A stretch of 53,374 bases of DNA from a virus (IMGVR_UViG_3300044807_000061:1-53374); one strand, 5' to 3'; shown: positions 8,801 through 17,633, counted from the first letter of the stretch. Numbers and translations: made by a program. The notes: generated by a model from the sequence alone, not told the origin.

Positions 8801-9467
8801 CGACCAGGCGGTGCTGTTCCTCGACAATCTCCGCACGGCCATCACCGACGTGACGGGCCGGCATGTGATCGACGTGGTCCTGAATCTGCTGACGACGCAG
8901 GGGCAGACGCGGGTGGGGCCGCTACCGCAGCCGGGACGGCAGGGCCACAGCCGCGACTCGGACTTCCTGCCCTCCGGAGGCGGTGCCGCGGCGCCGGCGG
9001 CGGCGCCGAAGGCCGGTTCAGCGTCGTCTCCCGCGACCCGAGACCAGCACTTCGCTGACGGTGGCTTGCGGGACGCGCAGATCCAGCCTGGTCGCGGCCG
9101 CGGCATGTTCCAGTGGGCTGAGGCCAGCACCGGCGGGGAGGCGTTCATCCCGCTCGGCGCGAGCAAGCGGCAACGCTCGACCCGGATCTTGCACACGGTC
9201 GCCAGACAGTTCGGGATGGCGATGGTCCCGGCCGCCGGGGTCCGGTCCTTCGCCGCGGGTGGCGTCACGATCCCGGCCCAGACGGGCGGCGTCGGTGTCG
9301 TGCGGCTCGCGACGGAGGACGTCGAGCGGGTCGCGATGGCCCTGTCGCGGCTCCTCCCGAGGGTGCAGAAGACCGAGTTCAGCGGACCCATCCACGGCTA
9401 CGACCTCGAAGCGGTCAGGCGCGACGCCGAGCGGCAGACCCGCCTGAACAGTCTCAAGGGGATCTGA
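5826..9467 (+). CDS. Tape measure protein (TP901-type core)
   Basis: 1213 aa, Ala-rich and helical; STELPQSANDLSEGFYNIVSSG...INAYG...SDVLFETVNKG; C-terminal FADGG...GGEAFIPL. Confidence 0.95.
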   Translation: MSDLRRLYVELATNVRPLVAGMAQGSVAVKKLGKDIGGLGADMDRLSAKATESSRRVVEAQKRMEAAQARLNTLRSSGRASVQQQASAEASLIAAERNLARAHTQAADASKAASGGMNGLTAAGSTTKDILSKVALVSGVTLAAGLLASANAALQLEQRLYNVASISPEVASDMGRYRELIVSLSTELPQSANDLSEGFYNIVSSGFQANDAIEVLTASARAAAAGLTSTETAATAISAVINAYGLSASDAADISDVLFETVNKGVINFDQLAQGVGDYVGTGAAAKVSIGELGAAVAAMTLSGVTAAESGTSLNRVLQSIVQPSDALAEALKNAGYESGAAALEADGLHGVMEKLRTATGGNVEQLLTLFPEMRAARGAFALMAADGKNYTNTFESVATVNGRVGATQHALAEQQKSGSYQITVLKNQATALGIEMGQTLLPAIKFIVGGFHDFFAMVRALPGPVMAVVTVLAALSAAALLGVGAFIRYRAPVAQFRASLAAMRAEGSALPGVLTGVTIAAAAVAAAMIIGTIIYGEYASAKAKAKQATEDFTAALKSEQQGQKDAVMTSAIDQMVKNGSAERLKKYGLDISDYLKGILGSEQDYQRERDAMSAAQRNAGPGHVNDFIELAGSLNQMRGSLGDARLGLSLQAEAQKDASAATKQALGPLADLDAAQKNASGAAVELSASQKGLRDTLTGLVDDAAAAKDALTGLTDPAKVLSKVQQDANAPATEAAGKSKDEIKAQNQKELYAAQDRVRSVRNGTKAQKQAAQDNLTEVRRANKARTDALKGGNADAQVTLDQWIVGLRTSARQQAQWEADLTTVARRAGPNVASALRQMGADAIPIVHELATGTKAQVAQVKSALDSLAPEARHSLQAFTAELAKQVTDQAAFVGNLVSLAARGHLAVAQELEKLPMEQAVPLAAQAANSSDKQLAPLEATLKRRAAIAGDGTTEALAAAVESGMQVVTLAASNGAQAAVDALVQRFGDVDQAVLFLDNLRTAITDVTGRHVIDVVLNLLTTQGQTRVGPLPQPGRQGHSRDSDFLPSGGGAAAPAAAPKAGSASSPATRDQHFADGGLRDAQIQPGRGRGMFQWAEASTGGEAFIPLGASKRQRSTRILHTVARQFGMAMVPAAGVRSFAAGGVTIPAQTGGVGVVRLATEDVERVAMALSRLLPRVQKTEFSGPIHGYDLEAVRRDAERQTRLNSLKGI

Positions 9468-9925
9468 TGGACATCACCCTCGACGCCTACATCGAAGACG
9501 GCAGCAACACCAGCATCGCTGACCTCCACCTCATCCCCGCGAACGGCTACAGCATCGCCCGGGACGGCATCGGCGCTGGCGTCCGGTCGTGGGTGAAGGA
9601 AACCGCGACTAGCCCGTTTGTGCACAGCCGCGCGGTCGTCGCGCAGCGCCTCGACGTCATGACGGCGCTGCTGACGGTCCGGATCCGCGCTGCGTCGACG
9701 GCGCAGCTGTTTACCCGCTACTCGGCGCTCATCAGAGCGGCTGAGCAGAGCGCCTGGACGCTGCGGCTGGTCATGGATGGCCAGACCACCCGGTGGCGCT
9801 GCGAGACCGCCGACAGCTCGGTCGGGGAGTCCGGCGTTCTCGACTCGGTCGCGCTGATGCAGCACTTCCAGCTCGTGCACCTGTCCATCCCCCGCCACCC
9901 CGTGCCTGTCACCGGACCGTTTTAG
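9467..9925 (+). CDS. Putative distal tail protein
   Basis: Directly after tape measure, translationally coupled. Confidence 0.55.
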   Translation: MDITLDAYIEDGSNTSIADLHLIPANGYSIARDGIGAGVRSWVKETATSPFVHSRAVVAQRLDVMTALLTVRIRAASTAQLFTRYSALIRAAEQSAWTLRLVMDGQTTRWRCETADSSVGESGVLDSVALMQHFQLVHLSIPRHPVPVTGPF

Positions 9926-9933
9926 GAGCCAGC

Positions 9934-10341
9934 ATGGGACGCCTCTCCAACGCCACCGCGAACGCGGTCCTCGACGCCCTCTTCGGCGGCACCGCGCTGC
10001 CGCTGGCGACTCAGATCGCCGTGGCCTTGTCGACGACCGAGCCGGCCGATGACGGCAGCAACGTCACCGAACCCTCCGGTAGCGGCTACGGCCGCGCTGT
10101 CGTCGACAACGACCTCACCACCTGGGCCGCCGCTGACAGTCGCAGCAAGACCAACGCCATCACCGTCGCCTTCCCCGATCCGACCGGCGACTGGGGCGAC
10201 CTCGAATGGTTCGCGGTCTACGACGACGGCAGCGGCGACTTCCTCGGCTGGGGACTGCTCAGCTCCGTCGTCACCGTCGGCGCTGGCACCACCGTCGCCT
10301 TCGACCCCGGCTCGCTCGTGTTCGTCGCCCCCGGCACCTGA
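9934..10341 (+). CDS. Minor tail protein
   Basis: RBS aggag; VAL.T..P......EPSG.GY.R...FP..TGDWG pattern of small phage tail proteins. Confidence 0.7.
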   Translation: MGRLSNATANAVLDALFGGTALPLATQIAVALSTTEPADDGSNVTEPSGSGYGRAVVDNDLTTWAAADSRSKTNAITVAFPDPTGDWGDLEWFAVYDDGSGDFLGWGLLSSVVTVGAGTTVAFDPGSLVFVAPGT

Positions 10342-10369
10342 CCACGCATCCGCCCCCGAAAGGACAGTC

Positions 10370-10804
10370 ATGAGCGTCACCGCCAAGGTCTACGGCCTGG
10401 CCCTGAAGTCCCTGTGCAACAAGGAGATCGACTACGACACAGACACCGTCAAGGTGATGCTGTGCACGTCGTCGTACACGCCGAACCAGGACACCCACCA
10501 GTACAAGAGCGACGTCACGAACGAGGTCACCGGCACCGGCTACACCGCCGGTGGCGCCACCCTCGCGTCCAAGACCGTGACGTACACCAGCGGCACGAAC
10601 ACGCTGGTCCTCGACGCCGCCGACCCGGCGTGGGCGACGTCGACGATCACCGCCCGGTACGCCGTCGCGTACGTCGACACCGGCACAGCCGGGACGAGCC
10701 CGCTGCTGTGCTACTGGGACTTCGGCGCTGACGTCTCCTCGTCCGCCGGGACGTTCACCCTGACCATCGACGCTGCCGGGCTCGTGACGCTGACCGCGGC
10801 ATGA
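10370..10804 (+). CDS. Minor tail protein
   Basis: IDYDTDTVKVML...EVTGTGYTAGG...LLCYWDFG pattern common in tail modules. Confidence 0.7.
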   Translation: MSVTAKVYGLALKSLCNKEIDYDTDTVKVMLCTSSYTPNQDTHQYKSDVTNEVTGTGYTAGGATLASKTVTYTSGTNTLVLDAADPAWATSTITARYAVAYVDTGTAGTSPLLCYWDFGADVSSSAGTFTLTIDAAGLVTLTAA

Positions 10805-11457
10805 GCAACGACCTGCGCGTTCGGCAGAACTTCCTGTCTGGGGTCGTTGATGACAACCCGCTCGGGTCGGGCGCGACGACGCTGACGAGCAGTGCGCTGG
10901 CGTCGCTGGTGGCGGTCGGGTCGACGCAGCACCTTGCGATCACCCTCGATCCGGGCGCGACCGCCGGTGCCCCGGAGATCGTGTATGTCACCGCACACAC
11001 CGCGTCGGCGACGACAGCGACGATCCTGCGTGGTCGGGAAGGCACGACAGCACGAGCCCACAACCAAAACGTGCCGTGGTCACACGGCCCAACCATCGTC
11101 GACTTCGCCCTCGCGGGCACCATGCTCCCTGCATGGATCGCGCCGACGTTCACTAACTCTTGGGTGAACGATGGCACTGCCGGGTATCCCACTGCGGGTT
11201 ACTATCTCGGTCCTGATGGCACGGTTCACGTTCGTGGAGTCGTCAAGAGTGGTGCGGCTTCTACGGCTATGTTCACGCTCCCTGCCGGGTACCGGCCCGA
11301 GTTCATCAGCCAGTTCCTCTGCGAGTATTACGACGGCACCAACGTAGGTCTCGTTGCGCAGGTCATTGTCAACTCCAACGGTCAGGTGTCCACCAACAGG
11401 GCCGTGACCTCTGGGAACCTGTCTCTCGACGGTATTTCCTTCCGTCAGTTCGGGTGA
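10801..11457 (+). CDS. Tail fibre-related protein
   Basis: EIVYVT...RGREGTTA N-terminus; C-terminal FTLPAGYRP beta-sandwich-type motif. Confidence 0.65.
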   Translation: MSNDLRVRQNFLSGVVDDNPLGSGATTLTSSALASLVAVGSTQHLAITLDPGATAGAPEIVYVTAHTASATTATILRGREGTTARAHNQNVPWSHGPTIVDFALAGTMLPAWIAPTFTNSWVNDGTAGYPTAGYYLGPDGTVHVRGVVKSGAASTAMFTLPAGYRPEFISQFLCEYYDGTNVGLVAQVIVNSNGQVSTNRAVTSGNLSLDGISFRQFG

Positions 11458-11464
11458 TCTGACC

Positions 11465-11998
11465 ATGGCGAGGGGGTACGGCACCACCGTCTACGGCAGC
11501 AGCACCTACGGCGCCGGGACCGTCACGCCCGACGCCACCGTCACCGGCATCGCGGCTACCGTCACGGCCACCGCGCCCGCTGGCACAGCGGCAGTCGTCG
11601 CCGCAGGGACCGTCATCGGCGTCGCGGCGACCGCCTCCGCGGCCGCACCAGCAGGCACGGTCGCCGGCGCGGCCAACACCACCGGTCCCGCCGCCAGCGC
11701 CACAGCCACAGCCCCCGCAGGCACCGCGACCGGAACGAGCACGGCAACCGTCACCGGCGTCGCCGCCACCGCGGCCGCTGCAGCCCCCGCCGGCACGGTC
11801 TACAGCGAGACCAGCATCGCGACCTGGACCGCCGAAGACACCCAGCAACTCAACATCGACGTGCAGCTGTTCGGGACCCTCAGCCTCGACGTCACACCCG
11901 TCGACCCGCCCGCCGGCAGCGAAACAGACGGCGCCGACATCATCCACTTCGACTTCGACGGCGACCTCGTCCTCGACGACAACGGACGGCCCACCTGA
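11465..11998 (+). CDS. Ala/Thr-repeat tail protein
   Basis: Four imperfect G.AATA.A.APAGT peptide repeats. Confidence 0.6.
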   Translation: MARGYGTTVYGSSTYGAGTVTPDATVTGIAATVTATAPAGTAAVVAAGTVIGVAATASAAAPAGTVAGAANTTGPAASATATAPAGTATGTSTATVTGVAATAAAAAPAGTVYSETSIATWTAEDTQQLNIDVQLFGTLSLDVTPVDPPAGSETDGADIIHFDFDGDLVLDDNGRPT

Positions 11999-14004
11999 TG
12001 GCCTGGTCACCGATCCAACTCTCCGGCGGCAAGTGGGGCCGACTCCAGCTGCTGTTCGGCTCCACCGACGTCACCTACTTCCGGCAAGTCCCCACCACCA
12101 TCGAGACGTGGGAGAACACCGACCCGTTCGGCGACAGCGAGCTGATGCTCACGTTCCCCCAGATCACCGTGTACGACCACCTCGGCGTCGCGCCGCTCGC
12201 CTGGCTGTTCAACGGGCAGCAGGTCACCCTCCGCCTCATCCGCCCGAACGGCACCCGGAAGAACCTCTGGGAGGGCTACGCGTCCATGCCGCAGGACGCC
12301 CAAGGCAACGGGTCCATGCCCTTGCAGGTGCAGTGCACCGGCGTGCTCTACCAGGCCGACCAGGGACGTCAGAAGCCCCGGTTCGCCCAGGACGCCGAGG
12401 ACATCGGAAAAGTCATCTCCGACGCGTTCAACGGCTACATCAGCCGCGACTACGGCCCCTGCACACCGGTCACCACCGGCATCCTCACCCGGCAGCGCGG
12501 GTCGTGGACGCCCATCGCCACGGGTTTTGTGCAGGACCTCCTCGGGACCGCCACCACCGCCGACGGCAGCAACCAGTGGACCGTCAAGCAGCACGGCCGT
12601 CTCGGACCGATCATCGCCCTGAAGGACATCAGCACCGTCCACGCCACGGTGACAACCGGCGCGCAAGGCGTCACCCCCAACCTCAGTTCAGACACGCACG
12701 GCTTCTTCAACGTGATCTACGGCGAAGGGACCGCACCCGACGGGTCCCGCTGGCGCAACACCAAGTACCCCAACCTCCGCTCGGACGACGCCCCGATCTA
12801 CCCGCACTCCCCCGGGACCGTGTTCAACGCCGGTGACGGCCTCACCGGCTTCGACCCGTTCGCTGACGAGATGCGCCGCTCCGGCTACCACATGGCCTCC
12901 GGCGACACCTACGTCAGCGCCGACGTCGCGGAGGTCAGGGACGCCCAGGCCCGCGCCGGGATCCTCGTCGACGGGATCGTCGGCCCACAGACCTGGGCGT
13001 CCATCTTCGCTGTCGGCTCCGACGGCGGCGACCTCAGCGGCGCGTTCTTCATGCCACTCGCCTACGACAGCCGCGTCGAGCCGTACCTGTACAACGCCCA
13101 AGGCAAGAAGATCGGCAACAATCCGGCCTTCGAGCCGGGCCGGCCCCGTATCGAGACGAAGATCGACTACGGGGAGAACATCAGCAAGGCCGACGCGACA
13201 CGCTCCGCCCGCGCCACCCTCGCCCGCTTCCCCGCCCCCGGCCTCGCAGGCGAGATCACCCTCAAGAGCGACCCCGCCGAGATGAGCCGTTTCGAGCTCC
13301 GCGCGGGCATGAACATCAAGCTGAAGAAGTACCGCGGCGGCGACCGGATGCTGCACATCGCGCAGGTCCGGGTGAACTGGCAGGACCTGACCGTCACCCT
13401 CACCGTCGACGTCTACTTCCGCGACCTCATCAGCCTCGCTGCGATCAAGCAGCGGAACCGGGAGGCCGCCAGTGACCCCGCGAACCGGGGCAGCAGCCAA
13501 CGCCGCCGCTCCCGGATCGCGAACGACACCATTGTGGTGTTCGACAGCGAGTCCGGCGCCGGGATCATCCCGCGGCACGCCGTCTTCGGCGGCCTGTGGA
13601 CCGTGCTCCGGATCCCCGCCGGGCAGGTCGGGACCATCGCGAAGACCCGCTACACCAGCACCGGGCCCGCCGCCGCCTTTGCTGTCGGGGTGTTCAGCAA
13701 GCCCGTCACCTCCAACACCCTCGCCCGGCTCGTCGGGAACCCGCTGGGCGGCAGCAAGCCGTGGAGCCCAGAAGCAGATGCGCTGTACGACGCGGGGCTC
13801 CTGATGGCCTGGGGCAGCATCGACGAACCAGCCGGCTACTACCCGAGCACCAAGACCGACGGTGGCGCCGTCACCGGCCGGCTCATTGACGACGCCGGGT
13901 GGGAGTACGTGAGCGAGCATCCGCCGTGGCTCTGGGTCGCGGAGTTCTCCGGCAGCTCCTGCTTCCTCGAGGGCAGGTTCTTCGCGGCCCCGGACGGTGG
14001 CTGA
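11998..14004 (+). CDS. Tail hub / minor tail protein with internal peptidoglycan-binding-like domain
   Basis: 668 aa in tail module; VRDAQARAGILVDGIVGPQTW motif. Confidence 0.7.
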   Translation: MAWSPIQLSGGKWGRLQLLFGSTDVTYFRQVPTTIETWENTDPFGDSELMLTFPQITVYDHLGVAPLAWLFNGQQVTLRLIRPNGTRKNLWEGYASMPQDAQGNGSMPLQVQCTGVLYQADQGRQKPRFAQDAEDIGKVISDAFNGYISRDYGPCTPVTTGILTRQRGSWTPIATGFVQDLLGTATTADGSNQWTVKQHGRLGPIIALKDISTVHATVTTGAQGVTPNLSSDTHGFFNVIYGEGTAPDGSRWRNTKYPNLRSDDAPIYPHSPGTVFNAGDGLTGFDPFADEMRRSGYHMASGDTYVSADVAEVRDAQARAGILVDGIVGPQTWASIFAVGSDGGDLSGAFFMPLAYDSRVEPYLYNAQGKKIGNNPAFEPGRPRIETKIDYGENISKADATRSARATLARFPAPGLAGEITLKSDPAEMSRFELRAGMNIKLKKYRGGDRMLHIAQVRVNWQDLTVTLTVDVYFRDLISLAAIKQRNREAASDPANRGSSQRRRSRIANDTIVVFDSESGAGIIPRHAVFGGLWTVLRIPAGQVGTIAKTRYTSTGPAAAFAVGVFSKPVTSNTLARLVGNPLGGSKPWSPEADALYDAGLLMAWGSIDEPAGYYPSTKTDGGAVTGRLIDDAGWEYVSEHPPWLWVAEFSGSSCFLEGRFFAAPDGG

Positions 14005-15044
14005 TGCCGACCCCTGGGCCGTGGATCACTCCGGCCCCCAAGGGCGTCGACGTCGACTACGCCGGTACCGGAGCCAGCTACACCCGCACCGGCCTGAGCG
14101 TGTTCGTGGCGCCGGTGTTCGGGACTGGCGACTATGCGACTGAGGCGGAAACGGACTACAGCAGCGGCAGTGGACTCGGGGACGTCGGGAACGACAACCA
14201 GACATTCGCGCGGCGGGCCCGCAACAGCACGAGCGGCGGCGCGGACATCCTGACGTGGAACATCGCGCAGACGAAGTGGGACATCGGGCTGGTCCGCGTC
14301 AAGAACGCCATGAGCTTCGGCTTCGGCGATCTCCCCGACCCGCCAGCCACTGCCATCGGGGTCGAGTACGAGCAGCCCGACGGTTCGGCCTCCGACAGTC
14401 CCGCCTCAGCCTCCTACCCGTGGCTCACCGACCTTCGCCTCCGGGTCACCGGTGACGTGAACCAGCGGGAGATCGCCGTCTCGGGCGGTGTCGAGTACGA
14501 GCAGTTCACCGCTGTCGCGGACAGCACCCTCGAGTTCCGGCTCGAAAGCACCAACCAGGCGCTGAGCATCGGGGCACGGTCCGCGTGGCTCACAGGCGCG
14601 CAACTCCTGGCCAAGCCGCTGCTGCTGTCCACCGCCTACCCCAGCAGCCTCGGCGCGACCTACCACCCCGCCGCAGGGGAGACCCCACCGGTGGACTCCA
14701 ACCCGATCAGCTACGACATCCCGATCCCCCTCGGCAGCATCGTCACGACCGGCTCGGCGTTCATGACGATCACCGGCCAGTTCACCGACCAGCAAGAACA
14801 CAGCCCCTCCGCCACCCCTGGCAGCTACGGCGGGCTGGACTACCTGAAGAACGGCAGCAAACTGCTGTTCGACACCTACGCGCACGCCCTCGGCACCTAC
14901 CAGCCGCCGCGCTACCGGTGGATCCTCAGCGGCCGCCCGCCGGTGCGGCAGCTGCAGCGCGGCGATGGCCTCACCGGACGGGGTCCGCGGCAGTGGGCAG
15001 TTCCCTCAGCTGATGTGCGGCAGGGACCGGGAGCGATCCGGTGA
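14004..15044 (+). CDS. Putative tail tip / receptor-binding protein
   Basis: Coupled TGATG start; last gene of the tail module; beta-rich composition. Confidence 0.5.
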   Translation: MPTPGPWITPAPKGVDVDYAGTGASYTRTGLSVFVAPVFGTGDYATEAETDYSSGSGLGDVGNDNQTFARRARNSTSGGADILTWNIAQTKWDIGLVRVKNAMSFGFGDLPDPPATAIGVEYEQPDGSASDSPASASYPWLTDLRLRVTGDVNQREIAVSGGVEYEQFTAVADSTLEFRLESTNQALSIGARSAWLTGAQLLAKPLLLSTAYPSSLGATYHPAAGETPPVDSNPISYDIPIPLGSIVTTGSAFMTITGQFTDQQEHSPSATPGSYGGLDYLKNGSKLLFDTYAHALGTYQPPRYRWILSGRPPVRQLQRGDGLTGRGPRQWAVPSADVRQGPGAIR

Positions 15045-15078
15045 GCACAACGTCCCCGCCCCTGTCCACCCGCGCGCC

Positions 15079-15103
15079 TACCCTGTCCAGTGTGCAGCAG
15101 GAC
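15079..15103. promoter_or_regulatory. -10 (TACCCT) plus inverted GTCC-N11-GGAC upstream of endolysin
   Basis: gtcc-agtgtgcagca-ggac; reverse complement of 15083-15103 is 20/21 identical to 747-767. Confidence 0.7.
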
Positions 15104-15120
15104 ACAGGACGGAGCAGCCG

Positions 15121-15849
15121 ATGACCGCGACCCTCGCCGCATGCCGATCCTGGCTCGAGCATCAGGTCGGCACCGTCGAGACCGGCGGCCCCGACGGCCA
15201 CAGCGGCAACCACGTCCGCTACTGGGACGACATCGGACGGCACGACCTCCAGGGCTCCTACTGGTGCGGCGCCCTCATGGACGCCATGGCCAAGGCCACC
15301 GGCCTCAAGCTCCCCGGCTCGATGATCGACACGACCGCCGGGGCGCTCGCGTTCCAGCGCGCCGGCCTGTGGGTGCCAGTCAGCAAGGGCGGGCAGCCCG
15401 GCGACTTCACCTTCTTCGCGTGGAACGGCCGGAAGGACTTCGACTCGATTGACCACGTCGAGTGGGAGGTGAAGCCGGTGCCCGGCGGCAAGCAGGAGGA
15501 CATCGGCGGCAACACCAGCGGCGTCGGCGACAGCGGGCAGGCGCAGAGGAACGGCGGGATGGTCGCCAAGCGCGTCCGCGACCGGCGGTTCATCGTCGGG
15601 TACGGCCGGCCGCAGTACGCCCCTGCCAAGCCGGTGATCGTGATGAGCAGCAACCCGTACAACTTCCACGAGCACATCGTCTACGCGACACAGTGGGCCC
15701 TCGACGTCCGCCTCACCGGCAGATGGGACAAGCCCACGGTCGCTGCGCTCATCGCGCTGAAGAAGCGCAACGGCTTCTCCGCCGACCGCGGCGTCGGCCC
15801 CAAGACCATCGCGCTGCTCTCCCAGATCCGCCACCCCCGGCAGATCTGA
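15121..15849 (+). CDS. Endolysin (CHAP-type peptidase with C-terminal peptidoglycan-binding domain)
   Basis: YWCG...PGDF.FF...DHVE...GGNT; C-terminal ADRGVGPKT. Confidence 0.85.
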   Translation: MTATLAACRSWLEHQVGTVETGGPDGHSGNHVRYWDDIGRHDLQGSYWCGALMDAMAKATGLKLPGSMIDTTAGALAFQRAGLWVPVSKGGQPGDFTFFAWNGRKDFDSIDHVEWEVKPVPGGKQEDIGGNTSGVGDSGQAQRNGGMVAKRVRDRRFIVGYGRPQYAPAKPVIVMSSNPYNFHEHIVYATQWALDVRLTGRWDKPTVAALIALKKRNGFSADRGVGPKTIALLSQIRHPRQI

Positions 15850-15878
15850 CATGCCCCCACCTCGCCGCGGCTCATGAC

Positions 15879-16166
15879 GTGCGACTCCCAACCGGCTGGT
15901 TCGCCGCCGGCACAGGCGGCAGTGACCTGCCCCTTTCGGGCTTCGCGCAGTACGGATTCTCCGGACTCATCCTCTCCGTCGCCCTCTGGTTCTTCTGGGC
16001 CGTCTACAAGCGCGAACGCGACCGCGCCGACTCCAACGCCACCGAGATCAAACGCCTCAACGACCTCATCCAAGACAAGTACGTCCCCAGCCTCGAACGA
16101 GCCACCGTCGCGCTCAAAGAATCGACCGACGCGCTTGCCGTCGCACGGGATAAGAGGCGGCCGTGA
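15879..16166 (+). CDS. Membrane protein (holin-like); start uncertain
   Basis: QYGFSGLILSVALWFFWAVYK transmembrane segment followed by coiled coil. Confidence 0.65.
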   Translation: MRLPTGWFAAGTGGSDLPLSGFAQYGFSGLILSVALWFFWAVYKRERDRADSNATEIKRLNDLIQDKYVPSLERATVALKESTDALAVARDKRRP

Positions 16167-16327
16167 TGACGCTGCGGCGCCGCGGCGACCACGACCTCAG
16201 CCCATCCCGGCGGCTCGAGGAACTCGCCGAGCAGCTGTTCGCCACTGCCGACGAAGTGTCACGGCTGGCCAAGCAACTGCAAGCCAAGGAGAGGGACGAG
16301 GATGAGCAGCCCCGACCACGCCCCTGA
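16166..16327 (+). CDS. Small coiled-coil hypothetical protein (53 aa)
   Basis: Read manually; coupled TGATG start; LEELAEQLFATADEVSRLAKQL. Confidence 0.45.
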   Translation: MTLRRRGDHDLSPSRRLEELAEQLFATADEVSRLAKQLQAKERDEDEQPRPRP

Positions 16328-16781
16328 GACCGACGCGGAAGCGTCCGCCCGAGCTGTCGAGAGCTTCGACCTTCGTGACGCGATGATCGCTGGTCTCGCG
16401 TCAGGGGTGAACGACCTCACCCAGGTCGCCCGTGACCTCTACAAGGCGTCGGTCCTCACGCGGGTGCAGAAGATCGTGGTCGCGTTCGTCCTCACCGGCA
16501 CGATGGTCACGAGCGGCCTGAGCCTGATTCTGGTCGTCCGCCTCAACGGCATCGCGTCCACCAACCGGGCGAACAACGCCGCGACGCGCGAGAACACCTC
16601 CGTCATCAAGGACTGCACCGACCCGGACGGGACGTGCTTCGCGGAGGCGCAGGCCCGGACGGCGGCGCTCGTCGCGCAGCTGAACAGCGCGACCCTCATC
16701 GCTGTCGAGTGCGCCGACGCGCACAACGGTGATGAGGCCATCTCCGCCTGTGTGACCCGTCGACTGAAGGAGCACCCGTGA
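16302..16781 (+). CDS. Membrane-anchored lysis-cassette protein
   Basis: One TM segment; four Cys in the C-terminal part. Confidence 0.65.
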   Translation: MSSPDHAPETDAEASARAVESFDLRDAMIAGLASGVNDLTQVARDLYKASVLTRVQKIVVAFVLTGTMVTSGLSLILVVRLNGIASTNRANNAATRENTSVIKDCTDPDGTCFAEAQARTAALVAQLNSATLIAVECADAHNGDEAISACVTRRLKEHP

Positions 16782-17185
16782 TCCACGTCATCCACACCAT
16801 CGGCCAGGTCACCACGGCCGGCGACAACGCTCAGGTCTTCACGAACCAGGGGCAGCTGCTCCTCAACATCGGCATCGGTGTCCTGCTCCCGATGCTCGTC
16901 GCGCTCGTCACGCACCGCCTCGCGACCGGCGCCGTGAAGACGCTGCTGTTGCTGGCCCTGTCGCTCCTCGGTGGGCTGCTGGCCAACGTGACCGTCGCGA
17001 GCTTCCGCTGGCAGGACTTCCTCACGAGCTTCCTGTTGCAGTTCGGCACCGCCGCGGTCGCGCACTTCAGCGCCCTCAAGCCCCTGGGCATCACCGGCGC
17101 CCAGGGTGTCATCGCGACGTCGGTCCCGGCCGGCGTCGGAGCCCCCGAGCTCCTCACTCCCTTCGAGGGCGACGCCGCCGGATGA
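16778..17185 (+). CDS. Putative holin
   Basis: About 3 TM segments; GVLLPMLVALVT...KTLLLLALS...HFSALKPLG pattern. Confidence 0.75.
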   Translation: MIHVIHTIGQVTTAGDNAQVFTNQGQLLLNIGIGVLLPMLVALVTHRLATGAVKTLLLLALSLLGGLLANVTVASFRWQDFLTSFLLQFGTAAVAHFSALKPLGITGAQGVIATSVPAGVGAPELLTPFEGDAAG

Positions 17186-17288
17186 TCGTCTGGGACCCGT
17201 CGGGGGGCGCCGGGCAGATTCCCCGCAAGGCCGTCGACGGGATCGTGTGGCAGGTAATCCGGCTCCCCGCCGGGTGGCGGCGGCACTG

Positions 17289-17405
17289 ATGGACCGGCTG
17301 TTGCTCAAGGTCGCCATCGGGCTCCTCGCCTACGCGGTCGGGGCCCTCGGCCTCGCGCACCGCTGGGCCAAGACCGGCGACCAGCGCCTCTGGACCGAGG
17401 TCTAA
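17289..17405 (+). CDS. Small single-TM peptide (38 aa)
   Basis: MDRLLLKVAIGLLAYAVGALGLAHRW. Confidence 0.4.
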   Translation: MDRLLLKVAIGLLAYAVGALGLAHRWAKTGDQRLWTEV

Positions 17406-17590
17406 CGCGGCTCCTCGAGGTCCCGCTGAGCAGCCCGCCACACGTCGACAGCCTCCCGCTCCCAGATCGACCCGGCCGACAGCACCGCGACCGGCGCCGG
17501 GAAGTCCTCCCGCCGCGACAGCTGATGCACCCGCTGCCTACTCACGCCGAGCATCTCGGCGATCTCCGCTGTCCCCACCAGGTGATGCAC
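17402..17590 (-). CDS. AlpA/excisionase-like HTH DNA-binding protein
   Basis: LVGTAEIAEMLGVSRQRVHQL...DFPAPV.....G.IW. Confidence 0.85.
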   Translation of the reverse strand: MHHLVGTAEIAEMLGVSRQRVHQLSRREDFPAPVAVLSAGSIWEREAVDVWRAAQRDLEEPR

Positions 17591-17611
17591 GACGGGACGG
17601 TCCCAGCGACC

Positions 17612-17633
17612 CCCCTTGACGGTCGCCAAGGGG
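17612..17633. promoter_or_regulatory. Palindromic operator candidate CCCCTTG-N8-CAAGGGG
   Basis: Perfect 7-8-7 inverted repeat upstream of the AlpA-like gene; overlaps TTGAC. Confidence 0.5.

Noticed and set aside
11520-11800. Repeats as a DNA-level array
   Set aside because: Explained by Ala/Thr peptide repeats with divergent codons
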